This document shows, piece after piece, positions 18,251 through 27,913 of a stretch of 64,000 nt of DNA. Origin of the DNA: an uncultured virus (IMG/VR IMGVR_UViG_3300034092_002263) (taxonomy: Duplodnaviria; Heunggongvirae; Uroviricota; Caudoviricetes); the IMG/VR virus record IMGVR_UViG_3300034092_002263. One strand, 5' to 3'. Numbering within the stretch: position 1 is the first letter of the stretch; each line of letters opens with the position of its first letter. Made by a program: the position numbers and the translations under genes. The notes under the pieces were generated by a model. The model made no database searches. It was not told the DNA's origin and saw only the letters and a list, made by a program, of their open reading frames with translations.

Positions 18251-18287
18251 TGGCTCGGTATGTTTTAGTGCATACCGGGCCATTTTT
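18251..18287 (+). terminator. intrinsic terminator
   Basis: TGGCTCGGTATG/CATACCGGGCCA stem followed by TTTTT. Confidence 0.75.
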
Positions 18288-18302
18288 GTTTAAGCCCAAC
18301 GC

Positions 18303-18330
18303 TTGACAATGCCGATAATGGTGGTATAAT
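18303..18330 (+). promoter_or_regulatory. sigma70-type promoter TTGACA-N16-TATAAT with GCCGAT in the spacer
   Basis: Perfect boxes upstream of AAGGAG and ATG 18352. Confidence 0.8.
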
Positions 18331-18351
18331 TTAGCGTAAAGGAGAAAACAC

Positions 18352-18771
18352 ATGTATACACAACCTCGTAGTTCTACTAGTGACGCTTTTGCTATTTTAT
18401 TACTGATTGTTGGATTTATTTCCTTTTGTCGTAGTTTTTTTGGTGGAAAGAAAATAGATTTAAATAACATAGAAATTTTTAGGGAATATCCAACAGAATC
18501 TTATAGAACTTCGGAAACTTATTATAAGCCAGTTGTATTCAAGCCGTCTAAAATAAACAACAAGAAGCCCAAGCAAACATCTACTGCTCGTCAAACCCGC
18601 CCATCTCAAACTGTAGACAATAATGCTGGTTTAAAGAATGATTGTGTGCAAGCACTTATGAGTCTTGGTAGTAAGAAAAAAGACGCACAGAAAATCACTA
18701 ATGATATTTTTGCAAGATGTTCACCTAAGACAATTCAAGAATTTATACAGATAGCATATAGTAAACCATGA
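18352..18771 (+). CDS. membrane-anchored protein with RuvA C-terminal-like helical domain
   Basis: N-terminal TM; DCVQALMSLGSKKKDA resembles RuvA domain III. Confidence 0.55.
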   Translation: MYTQPRSSTSDAFAILLLIVGFISFCRSFFGGKKIDLNNIEIFREYPTESYRTSETYYKPVVFKPSKINNKKPKQTSTARQTRPSQTVDNNAGLKNDCVQALMSLGSKKKDAQKITNDIFARCSPKTIQEFIQIAYSKP

Positions 18772-19184
18772 ATATATTAGATCAATCTGTAGAGCTAGCT
18801 TATAGTTTATTACCAAAAGCTAAAAACAATCGAAATACTAAGAATAAATTTTTTCACTTTGCTTTTGGTTATCGTAAAAACAAATTAATTGGTATAGGAC
18901 AAAATAATCCAGAGAAAACACACACACAGGCTATACTGCTAGCCAAAAGATTTAATACAGAAGATGATGAGATATACCCATATTTACACGCCGAAACAGA
19001 TTTAGTGTCGAGACTGTGGGGAAAATATTATATAGATAGTCATCTCAAAATAGTAGTGGTAAGGTTAAATAAACGCGGCCAATTACGTAACAGTAAGCCA
19101 TGTGAAAAATGTGACTTAGTTTTAAATGCGCTAGATATTAACAAAATTTGGTGGAGTACTGATAATGGATTTGAACAAAAATAA
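18768..19184 (+). CDS. zinc-dependent deaminase (CDA superfamily)
   Basis: HAE and PCEKC motifs. Confidence 0.75.
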   Translation: MNILDQSVELAYSLLPKAKNNRNTKNKFFHFAFGYRKNKLIGIGQNNPEKTHTQAILLAKRFNTEDDEIYPYLHAETDLVSRLWGKYYIDSHLKIVVVRLNKRGQLRNSKPCEKCDLVLNALDINKIWWSTDNGFEQK

Positions 19185-19701
19185 TCTTAAAAATATGAGA
19201 ACTTATCTCATTGGTGCTATGGATAGAGTTCCAGACGGTGGAAAAACGTGGCGTGATAACATTACGCCTTTCCTAGAGTCTTTAGGTGTCACAGTATTAA
19301 ATCCATGCAATAAACCAATTGAGTCAGCAAAAGAAAATGATGAAACCAGAAATATGATTGAGCAATATAAGGCAACTGGGCAGTATCATAAAATACGAAA
19401 GGAATTTAGTCATATAAGAAATGCGGATTTAAGGTGTGTTGATGTTTCTGACTTTGTTGTAGCACATATAGATACATCTATTCACGCTTGTGGATCATAT
19501 GAAGAAATAGTGACAGCCAATAGACAAAAAAAACCTATATTAGTATGGTGCGAACAAGGTAAAAGAAATGCACCTAATTGGTTATTTTTTATGCTACCGC
19601 ATGAATATATCTTCGATTCAATGGATGACTTAATGAAGTACTTAAATTTTGTTAATCAGACAGAAAATAATCAAATTGAAAGGTGGTTTTTCTTCACATG
19701 A
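19165..19701 (+). CDS. nucleoside 2-deoxyribosyltransferase-like / nucleotide N-glycosidase
   Basis: YLIGAM..WR, VLNP, DLRCVDVSD and GSYEEI motifs. Confidence 0.7.
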   Translation: MDLNKNNLKNMRTYLIGAMDRVPDGGKTWRDNITPFLESLGVTVLNPCNKPIESAKENDETRNMIEQYKATGQYHKIRKEFSHIRNADLRCVDVSDFVVAHIDTSIHACGSYEEIVTANRQKKPILVWCEQGKRNAPNWLFFMLPHEYIFDSMDDLMKYLNFVNQTENNQIERWFFFT

Positions 19702-20378
19702 AACTACACAACGTTTCTTTAATTAGTGTGTGCGGCAACGAAAAATACAAAGAACCAACTAAGAGAGCAATGAGACATTGCTTAAAAAAATTGGATTTTG
19801 AAGATGTATTTCTTTTATCAAACGAAAACGATGACGAATTTCCCACTAAAAAAATACCCATGCTTGATCAAGCTTTGTATTCTCAATTTTGTGTAGAGTC
19901 TCTAAAAAACTATATAAATACAGATTACTGTATGATGATACAGTGGGATGGCTTCATAATAAAAGAAAATCTATGGAATGATGAATTTCTGAAATATGAT
20001 TATATAGGAGCGCCTTGGCCTTATCATGATCACGCTGTTGGAAATGGCGGATTCTGCATAAGAAGCAAAAAATTTCTAGAATATTCATCACGATTAAAGT
20101 ATAGTAGTGATATACCATTTCAAGCTGGAGTGCCGGGAGGCGTATTAGTAACTCCAGAAGATTGGTTTTTATGCATACACAATTATGATTATATGCTATA
20201 TAATGGCATCAATTTTGCACCAGCAAAGCTTGGATATCAATTTTCAGTAGAACATAGCTGTTCTCCAAGATTTAATACCAGTTTAATGAAAATATTTAAT
20301 CCACAGGATATCAATACATATAACTCTTTTGGTTTTCATGGACCGTTCAATACTGCCGCAATGAAGGAATTATCATGA
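19698..20378 (+). CDS. DUF5672-like putative glycosyltransferase
   Basis: QWDGF, YDYIGAPW, VGNGGF.IRS, PED and FGFH motifs. Confidence 0.75.
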   Translation: MKLHNVSLISVCGNEKYKEPTKRAMRHCLKKLDFEDVFLLSNENDDEFPTKKIPMLDQALYSQFCVESLKNYINTDYCMMIQWDGFIIKENLWNDEFLKYDYIGAPWPYHDHAVGNGGFCIRSKKFLEYSSRLKYSSDIPFQAGVPGGVLVTPEDWFLCIHNYDYMLYNGINFAPAKLGYQFSVEHSCSPRFNTSLMKIFNPQDINTYNSFGFHGPFNTAAMKELS

Positions 20379-21451
20379 ATATTAACTTAATTACACCAAT
20401 AAATCAGCTTGGATATGGCATAGCTGGACTCAATATCCTAAAATCCTTGAGTCTATTATCAAATGTTTCGTTATTTCCAATAGGCCCAGTACAGATTACA
20501 AATAAGGAAAATTCTGATATAGCCAAACAATCTCTACTGAATGCCAAAATGCCAGATTTCAACGCTCCCTGTATAAGAATTTGGCACCAACACGATATGT
20601 CTCAATTTGTTGGTCGTGGTAAAAAGATAGGATTTCCATTCTTTGAATTAAACGTCTTCACAACGCAAGAAAAACATCATCTTAATAGTGTTGATCAACT
20701 TTTTGTGTGTTCAAGCTGGGCTAAAGATATATGTCTAGATCAGTTACAGCTAACCGAAGATCAAATTAATGTGATTCCACTAGGTGTAGATTCTCAAATA
20801 TTTCATCCAAATAATTATGAATTTACATCACCAAATCCAAATACAGTGTTTTTTAACTGTGGAAAGTGGGAAGTTAGAAAAGGTCATGATATATTAGTAG
20901 AAATCTTTAATGAGGCTTTTGAAGAAAACGACAATGTTGAACTATGGATGATGTGTCATAACCCATTTCTAAACGAAAATGATCAAAATGAATGGGTTAA
21001 TTTATATAGTAAGTCAAAACTTGGTAATAAGATTAAGTTTATACCAAGGGCAAATACACAAGAAGAAGTGTATAATATTATGTCAGAAATAGATTGTGGA
21101 GTTTTCCCATCAAGAGCAGAAGGCTGGAATTTAGAACTATTAGAGCTAATGTCGTGTGGTAAGAACGTAATCACCACAAACTATTCCGCACATAAAGAGT
21201 TTTGTAATAATACTAATTCATACTTGGTGGATATAACAGAACAAGAAACAGCATATGATGGTAAATGGTTTCATGGAAATGGCGAATGGGCTAAGATAAA
21301 TGAAGACGCAAAGAATCAATTTATTACACATCTAAGATCCATCCACAACCTCAAGCAACAAAATAAACTAAATATCAATCAGCACGGCATAGTTACTGCT
21401 CAATATTTTTCTTGGGATCATGCTGCTAGAAAGATAATCAACTATGTTTAA
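20375..21451 (+). CDS. GT4 (GT-B) glycosyltransferase
   Basis: GKWEVRKG and PSRAEGWNLELLELMSCG. Confidence 0.88.
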   Translation: MNINLITPINQLGYGIAGLNILKSLSLLSNVSLFPIGPVQITNKENSDIAKQSLLNAKMPDFNAPCIRIWHQHDMSQFVGRGKKIGFPFFELNVFTTQEKHHLNSVDQLFVCSSWAKDICLDQLQLTEDQINVIPLGVDSQIFHPNNYEFTSPNPNTVFFNCGKWEVRKGHDILVEIFNEAFEENDNVELWMMCHNPFLNENDQNEWVNLYSKSKLGNKIKFIPRANTQEEVYNIMSEIDCGVFPSRAEGWNLELLELMSCGKNVITTNYSAHKEFCNNTNSYLVDITEQETAYDGKWFHGNGEWAKINEDAKNQFITHLRSIHNLKQQNKLNINQHGIVTAQYFSWDHAARKIINYV

Positions 21452-21785
21452 GTTTTGGAAAACTAAACAGATTGATCTTAAAGACTTAGCTAAAGTTGAA
21501 TTTGCCATTAGCACAAGTGGTGAAAAGCCCAAGTTAAATATAGAATTGTTGAGTTATGATGAACAAAGTCTTGTAGCTTTATGTGACATATTAGAAATTT
21601 TTCAAGGAGAAAGAGTGCTTATTGAAATGCTAAATTTCATACAGTCTCATTTTATCAACAGTGGCAAAGAAGAACAATTATTAAAAATCTTCATGATACT
21701 TCAAGAAAAATCAATGTTAGACAACATCCTAAACCATAATAAAAGACAAGAACCATGCATCAAACCATCAGAGATGATAACATAA
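21444..21785 (+). CDS. hypothetical protein
   Basis: ORF in the operon. Confidence 0.6.
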   Translation: MFKFWKTKQIDLKDLAKVEFAISTSGEKPKLNIELLSYDEQSLVALCDILEIFQGERVLIEMLNFIQSHFINSGKEEQLLKIFMILQEKSMLDNILNHNKRQEPCIKPSEMIT

Positions 21786-21787
21786 GC

Positions 21788-22213
21788 ATGAAAAAGAAAA
21801 TAGGCTGGCAAAAATACGAAAATGTTATTGAAGAACAAATTTCTTCTACGTTTTTTCTAGACATTATCAAACAATTTTATGGACGCATGAATGGCGATGA
21901 GATAATTGAAGAAGAGGAATTAGACGATGCCGTAGATGATTCAGATGTAGATATATTAAGTAAAGGCATAATGATGCCAATGAATCCCAAAATTTTTGAT
22001 GAATTATCAATGATTACTAATTTTGACTGTTGGATAGGTCATACTAATTTTGATATTACAAATGATACAAAAAAAATCTTAGATGCTACTGAGGGTGTAG
22101 AAGTACTAAAAATATTCAGTAGATATAGATTTTTTATCGGTGTTGGTAAAATGTTCAAATTTCAAAATGTAAGAAATAACATTGAAAAAGAATTATTAAA
22201 AGGAGATTTATGA
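21788..22213 (+). CDS. hypothetical phage protein
   Basis: ORF with WIGHTNFDIT..GVEVLKIFSRYRFFIGVGKMF. Confidence 0.65.
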   Translation: MKKKIGWQKYENVIEEQISSTFFLDIIKQFYGRMNGDEIIEEEELDDAVDDSDVDILSKGIMMPMNPKIFDELSMITNFDCWIGHTNFDITNDTKKILDATEGVEVLKIFSRYRFFIGVGKMFKFQNVRNNIEKELLKGDL

Positions 22214-22692
22214 ATACGGAAAATTTAGATGTTAAAATTGATATTGCCATGAAGGACAAAGATATAGTCAATATAATGAACAAGGCGTGTTCTCTATTCT
22301 ATAGACAGTTAGATTCTGACACATTATATACGTGTAAAATTAATGCACTTTGGAAATCTCTACTAAATTATGACGAAAATAAGAATACCAAGTTTACCAC
22401 ATATCTATATAAAGGCGTTTTAATAGAATGCCTAAAAGCGGCTAAGTTTGAAAAGAAGTCCAAAGATCTACATAATAAAATGTTGCACGTTAATGTTGCG
22501 GGCAAGGATAACCCTATACACATTATAGACATTCTAGACGAGTTAAAAACACAAGAGGAAAAAGATCTAATATTAGATAAGCTAGCAAATATGACCATAC
22601 AAGAAATGGCAGATAAGCGTAATTACAGTAGAGAAACAGTGAGGAAAAAGCTCAAAAAAATCTTTGCTCATCTTCAAAATAGATTGAGTTAG
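22210..22692 (+). CDS. phage RNA polymerase sigma factor (regions 2 and 4 only)
   Basis: ALWKSLLNYDENKNTKFTTYLY (region 2); TIQEMADKRNYSRETVRKKL (region 4 HTH). Confidence 0.8.
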   Translation: MNTENLDVKIDIAMKDKDIVNIMNKACSLFYRQLDSDTLYTCKINALWKSLLNYDENKNTKFTTYLYKGVLIECLKAAKFEKKSKDLHNKMLHVNVAGKDNPIHIIDILDELKTQEEKDLILDKLANMTIQEMADKRNYSRETVRKKLKKIFAHLQNRLS

Positions 22693-22771
22693 TGTATAAT
22701 AGAATAGGACTAGGAATTTTATGTGGATAAATTGGATATAATTTGATCAAATAATATTACATGGAGTTATT

Positions 22772-23410
22772 ATGCCTACAACTACTGTAAAAGGTTCTGG
22801 TTCTACCGTTAATGATGGCGGTACAATTGTAAATGCTGGAAACGTTGGTTCAGATAGTAGAATAACCAAGGTTCTAGCTGTAAACGAACTAAAAACTGGT
22901 AATGAGTCTGGATCAAAGGTTGTTGCTAAAGATGGAACAACTGATGATTATTCTGGAGTAACTACAGCCAAGTCTGGTGGAACTGGCGGTTTAGCTTATT
23001 TCCCCAATGCCCAAGAGGGAGAAAGAAATTTCCTTCTAAGAGCTGGTGGTGATAGCTGTGCAAAAATCAATAATGATGATAGCACAGTGCTAACAGTTCC
23101 CGGCTCTGAATATGGAAAGAGGATGGTAAATGAAGTACATGCAACAGTAAAGACACGCAGACTAGGGTCTGATTCTGATGCAGAATTTAATGTACTTGCC
23201 AGACCATCCACAGATATGGTTCCCGGCAGAACAAAGGGTACTGGTGCTGGAAACGCATCAAACTTTGTTCAAATGGATGGTTCAACCGCTGCAACTGATG
23301 ACGCTGCAACTCCAACAAGAGCAGTTCCCGGTGAACTTACATATCACTTTGGCGCTTTAGGTAGACCAACTACTGACGAATATAAGGCAAGAGATAGCTT
23401 TGAGGCTTGA
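22772..23410 (+). CDS. probable virion structural protein
   Basis: G/T/S/A-rich; GGAG RBS; upstream GTGTATAAT; followed by a hairpin. Confidence 0.55.
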   Translation: MPTTTVKGSGSTVNDGGTIVNAGNVGSDSRITKVLAVNELKTGNESGSKVVAKDGTTDDYSGVTTAKSGGTGGLAYFPNAQEGERNFLLRAGGDSCAKINNDDSTVLTVPGSEYGKRMVNEVHATVKTRRLGSDSDAEFNVLARPSTDMVPGRTKGTGAGNASNFVQMDGSTAATDDAATPTRAVPGELTYHFGALGRPTTDEYKARDSFEA

Positions 23411-23425
23411 TCAGCGATGTAATGG

Positions 23426-23455
23426 TAGTAGCCCTCTAGAAATAGGGGGCTATTA
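23426..23455 (+). terminator. hairpin terminator-like element
   Basis: TAGTAGCCCTCTA-GAAA-TAGGGGGCTATTA. Confidence 0.6.
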
Positions 23456-23494
23456 TCAATTACTATAAACCTAATATTCTTAAAGGGTCTATTT

Positions 23495-24082
23495 ATGCCA
23501 GAATGGATTAATACAGAAATATTAACAATACTACTCAGTTCTATTGGTGGAATTGTTACCTTTTTTACATTATTGTGGAAAAAGTTAATCAACCCGCTCG
23601 TAAAATTAATCAAAAATCATGATGTTTTTATAGAATCTGTTAATGAGCTAAGAAAAGAATTAACAACTAATGGTGGCAATAGCTTAAAAGATGCTATTAT
23701 AGAACTTAAAAGCACATGCCATAGGATAGAAAAAAGACAAAAAATAATTGAACAAAGAACTAAAGCTGGACTACACTATAGCAACATACCATTATTTGAA
23801 ACAGATAATGATGGTAGGCTAATATGGAATAATGTTCATTTTGGAGATTTAATCAAGAATACAATAAATAGCATAGAGGGTTATGATTGGTTAAACATAA
23901 TAGAAGAAGATCAGAGAGAAGAAGTTCTCAATGAATTTAGATCTTGCCTAAAAATGAATCGTAGATTTAGCAAAGAAACAGGCACACAAGATGGCAGAAA
24001 AATTAGATTAATGGGATACCCATATAGGATTACAGACGTAGAGCATGGTGGCTTTTTAGTAAGTGTTTCAGAAACAAAATAA
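23495..24082 (+). CDS. membrane protein: TM + coiled coil + PAS-like domain
   Basis: N-terminal TM; LFETDNDGRLIWNN...EGYDWLNIIEEDQREEV PAS pattern. Confidence 0.7.
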   Translation: MPEWINTEILTILLSSIGGIVTFFTLLWKKLINPLVKLIKNHDVFIESVNELRKELTTNGGNSLKDAIIELKSTCHRIEKRQKIIEQRTKAGLHYSNIPLFETDNDGRLIWNNVHFGDLIKNTINSIEGYDWLNIIEEDQREEVLNEFRSCLKMNRRFSKETGTQDGRKIRLMGYPYRITDVEHGGFLVSVSETK

Positions 24083-24099
24083 GTAAAGAGAGGTCAATT

Positions 24100-24315
24100 A
24101 TGTCTCCTAAATATAGCTTAAATGTCAACGATGTAGTCAATTTAACAAAAAATGCAGTGTTAGTTGGAACTGGTGCTGTATTAACATATGTTATTGAAAA
24201 TATCAATACTGTAGATTGGGGCAATACTGGCGTATTATTAGTTCCAGTAGTTACTCTTCTATTAGATGCTGTGGTTAAGTGGCTAAAAGGTCCAAAAGTA
24301 GTAGAAGTAAAATGA
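24100..24315 (+). CDS. small two-TM protein, holin candidate
   Basis: 71 aa, two hydrophobic segments, basic C-terminus. Confidence 0.5.
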   Translation: MSPKYSLNVNDVVNLTKNAVLVGTGAVLTYVIENINTVDWGNTGVLLVPVVTLLLDAVVKWLKGPKVVEVK

Positions 24316-25241
24316 CTATAGAGTTTAAAAAGCCACACGATCTACTCAAAGCTTATCGTGATGGATTTATGGGATCTTGGTGTGATCCCGAAGAATTAGA
24401 TAAGTTATTAGGTGAACTGCCGCATCCTCTTTTTGGTGCGGCAGCTTATGGTTTATATGGTAGCGGTAAAGGAAAATTAGCATTACCATTTAAGAATCTA
24501 CTCAAATTTGATCCCAATTTTGGCCCATCTGAAAGGCAAGTTGTTGGTGATTGTGTTTCGCACTCAACTCGTAATGCTATAGATATAACAAGATCATGTG
24601 AGATAATCAACGGTGAACGTGAAGAATTTGTTGCTCGCGGAGCCACTGAAGGCATTTATGGATCAAGAGGTCATAATGGTGAAGGCATGACCTGTTCTGG
24701 TGCTGCTAAATTCGTTAATAAATCTGGAGGAATCTTAATTAGAAAACAATATGGAGATATAGATTTATCTACATATCAAGGCAAACTAGGTTCTAGTTGG
24801 GGTTCTAGAGGTGTTCCAAAAGGTTTACTAGAAGAAGCTCAAAAACATCAAGTTAAGACTATTAGCTTAATCAACACTATAGAACAAGCAAGAGATGCTT
24901 TAGCAAATGGCTATTCTATTAGTGTATGTTCTATGTATGGATTTAGTTCTAGGCGTGATAAGCATGGTATAGCTTCTAAATCTGGATCTTGGGCGCACGC
25001 TATGGCGTGGATTGGAATGGATGATACCCATGAAGTATTTAAAGAGACACTCTTTCTAGTTCAAAATAGTTGGGGTGTTTGGAATGGTGGTCCAACTAGA
25101 CATGATCAACCCGAAGGTAGTTTTTGGATTCGTGAATCTGATGCTGCCGGAATGTTGTCACAAAATGGATCTTGGGTATTTAGTGATGTAGATGGATTTC
25201 CTCCAAGAAATGTAGATTGGACACTAGATAGGGTATTTTAA
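24312..25241 (+). CDS. papain-like (C1) cysteine peptidase
   Basis: QVVGDCVSH, WAHAMAWIG and QNSWG catalytic motifs. Confidence 0.85.
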   Translation: MTIEFKKPHDLLKAYRDGFMGSWCDPEELDKLLGELPHPLFGAAAYGLYGSGKGKLALPFKNLLKFDPNFGPSERQVVGDCVSHSTRNAIDITRSCEIINGEREEFVARGATEGIYGSRGHNGEGMTCSGAAKFVNKSGGILIRKQYGDIDLSTYQGKLGSSWGSRGVPKGLLEEAQKHQVKTISLINTIEQARDALANGYSISVCSMYGFSSRRDKHGIASKSGSWAHAMAWIGMDDTHEVFKETLFLVQNSWGVWNGGPTRHDQPEGSFWIRESDAAGMLSQNGSWVFSDVDGFPPRNVDWTLDRVF

Positions 25242-27622
25242 TGTCATCTTTGTATCAACATATTCAACTAAGAAGAGATACTGAAGCAGCATTTTATAAT
25301 GCTAATCCAATACTAAAGGATGGTGAACCAGCATTTTCAACAGACAGATTTACTTTAAAAATAGGAAATGGGGTTACTAGTTGGCGTGATTTACCAGAAT
25401 ATGTACATACAAATAATTTTCTGTCTAAAACATCAACTATAACTATTCCAGCTATTGAACCAAATAGTAGTGCTACTGTAAATATAAGTGTCAGCGGTCT
25501 TAATACAAATAATGATTATGCCGTATTAGCTTGTCCAGACACTAATCTACCAGATTATGTTTTTATCAAAAATGCGTTTGTGTCATCAACAGATCAAGTG
25601 TCTGTAGTATTCATGAATGCTATCAATGATATTGATGGTGGAGTTATTGGTGGAGGATCTAGTGCAAATACAACTGATGAAACATCAAATTTCAAATTAC
25701 ATCTAATCATATACACAGTATACTATGCAACTACTACTACAACAACAACTACAACTCCACAACCGGTAGTTGATAATATATTTAGCTTTGGATATAATGA
25801 ATTTGGTCAACTTGCACTTGGAGATGAAAACAATAGAAATGATCCCACATTCATAGTTGATAATAAGCTATGGTCAGATTTTAGTTTAGGAAATTATCAC
25901 ACTTTGGGGCTAGACAATAATAGTGGATTATATTCTGCTGGTTATAATTATTATGGACAACTAGGTCTAACAAATGATGGAACCGGTACAAACAGAAAAC
26001 AACTAACTAAAGTCGAAAAAAATTATCTTGGTTCTGGAATTTTCGACAATAATCCATTATGGATAAACATATCTGCTGGATCACAACACTCATTAGCTAT
26101 AAATGCTAGTGGTTATTTATTTAGTTGTGGCGACGGATCATATGGTAAATTAGGTCTTGGCGATACATCTCTTAGAAATAAATTCACACTTGTGGGAGAA
26201 AATTATCACATACAAGAATTACCTAGACTAATAACAAGTGGCATAAATACACAGAGTGGAATATTTACATTTAGTGAAAACCCACTATCAACAAAATACA
26301 TAGCAAATAGCGGTCTATATACAATTAGTGGAATACCTCCAGCAAGTGCAATTGCAATTACAAATTCTGGTATAGAAAATTTAATTAGTTACAGTGGAGG
26401 GGTGTTAGAAGGAACAGTAAGTGGTTATAAGTATTATTCTGGATATATGACCATAACAGTGAGTGGTGACTACGACGTTGTAAGTGTTAGAACTAGCGGT
26501 GGCTTTTTAGAAAACGGCACAGACTTAATATACTATTTAAATCCAAATACTGGCTGGACAGACGTTGCTGCTGGCTTACACCATTCGATTGGAATAAAGC
26601 GTGGATATCTTTATTCTTGGGGCCAAAATAGTTTTGGTCAACTTGGTAATGGTACTAATAAAAACCAATCTACACCTAAGAAAATAGGAAATAAAAATAA
26701 TTGGACTAAAGTAACCGCCGGTAATCATCATTCTATTGCTTTAGATAGTACTGGTAAAGCGTTTACATTTGGTCAAAATGATCATGGTCAACTTGGACAT
26801 GGAAATAAAGTCAATTTAAGAGATCCAAAAGAAATAACATTTAACTACTCTTTATTTACTGACGACAATTTTATTACACTAAGTGGCGGTTCTAATGTTG
26901 CGGTTCAACAGATTAATGATGACTATAAATATGTTTTCCAGTATACTCAAAATAAAGTATACAATTCACTAGAAAAATTTGTATTAGGAACTGGCGTATA
27001 CGTTATTAGTGGTATTCCTCAGTCTCACCCGATAGCAGTTCTCAACGGCGGTAAGACACAACAAATAACCTATACTGGCGACACGTTTGCTGGGTGTTTA
27101 CAACTAATTGATACAACGTCAGATGGACAATATGACTTTTACTATGGCAATTTGTATATTAGTGTTAGTGGCGATTTTGATAAAGTTAGCGTATATAATT
27201 TTCATCATGGATATGCTGGCGGTGAAAATATCTTATTTTATCAGAATCCAACTTATACAATTTCAGATATTGACGCTGGATCAAAACATTCTATTATGAT
27301 ATCTAATACAAGTCAGGTATTAACATTTGGGCAAAATCACAAGGGACAACTTGGCACTGGAGATAGCATAGATAGATTAACTCCATATAGACTTAGTAAT
27401 TCAAATATACGTCAAATTAGTGCGGGTGGTAAAAATACTTCGCTTGTAGATGATGATAATTACATATTAACAATGGGTGAAAATAATTTTGGTCAACTTG
27501 GTTTAGGCGATAATGTTGATAGAAACGTAGCTACTAAGATAGAATCTGATATCAGATGGCAGAATGTTTTTACTGGTGGTGCGCATATGTTTGCAACAGT
27601 ATCCGGCATAAACAATATATAA
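25241..27622 (+). CDS. tail-fibre-like protein: Mtd/hyaluronidase-type N-domain, Thr linker, RCC1 repeats with two inserted domains
   Basis: IQLRRDT..NPILKDGE..LKIGNGVTSW; repeated G.N.FGQLG.G and AG..HS motifs. Confidence 0.8.
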   Translation: MSSLYQHIQLRRDTEAAFYNANPILKDGEPAFSTDRFTLKIGNGVTSWRDLPEYVHTNNFLSKTSTITIPAIEPNSSATVNISVSGLNTNNDYAVLACPDTNLPDYVFIKNAFVSSTDQVSVVFMNAINDIDGGVIGGGSSANTTDETSNFKLHLIIYTVYYATTTTTTTTTPQPVVDNIFSFGYNEFGQLALGDENNRNDPTFIVDNKLWSDFSLGNYHTLGLDNNSGLYSAGYNYYGQLGLTNDGTGTNRKQLTKVEKNYLGSGIFDNNPLWINISAGSQHSLAINASGYLFSCGDGSYGKLGLGDTSLRNKFTLVGENYHIQELPRLITSGINTQSGIFTFSENPLSTKYIANSGLYTISGIPPASAIAITNSGIENLISYSGGVLEGTVSGYKYYSGYMTITVSGDYDVVSVRTSGGFLENGTDLIYYLNPNTGWTDVAAGLHHSIGIKRGYLYSWGQNSFGQLGNGTNKNQSTPKKIGNKNNWTKVTAGNHHSIALDSTGKAFTFGQNDHGQLGHGNKVNLRDPKEITFNYSLFTDDNFITLSGGSNVAVQQINDDYKYVFQYTQNKVYNSLEKFVLGTGVYVISGIPQSHPIAVLNGGKTQQITYTGDTFAGCLQLIDTTSDGQYDFYYGNLYISVSGDFDKVSVYNFHHGYAGGENILFYQNPTYTISDIDAGSKHSIMISNTSQVLTFGQNHKGQLGTGDSIDRLTPYRLSNSNIRQISAGGKNTSLVDDDNYILTMGENNFGQLGLGDNVDRNVATKIESDIRWQNVFTGGAHMFATVSGINNI

Positions 27623-27637
27623 TACAAGGGGTATAAA

Positions 27638-27901
27638 ATGTCAGAAAATATTAATCCAAAGATTCAATTTAAAAGAGGAACTACAACAGAATGGTTAAAT
27701 TCTGAAACAGTTCTAGCAAGTGGTGAGCCGGGCTATGACACTACAACAAAAGAATTTAAACTTGGCGACGGTACAAAATCTTGGTCAACTTTAGAAAATG
27801 TTGTTAGTGGATCTGGAATTAAACAAATTATTTCCATGACACAAGCTCAGTATGATGCTCTATCTTCTCCAGACCCAAACATACTATATGTTATTTCTTA
27901 A
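27638..27901 (+). CDS. small tail-fibre-associated protein
   Basis: IQFKRGT..LASGEPGYD..KLGDG..W; C-terminal TQAQYDALSSPDPNILYVI. Confidence 0.7.
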   Translation: MSENINPKIQFKRGTTTEWLNSETVLASGEPGYDTTTKEFKLGDGTKSWSTLENVVSGSGIKQIISMTQAQYDALSSPDPNILYVIS

Positions 27902-27913
27902 AGGATAAATAAC

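Noticed and set aside
21068..21076. GTGTATAAT inside the GT4 gene, and similar intragenic copies
   Set aside because: The short AT-rich motif is expected by chance, and these copies were not counted as promoters
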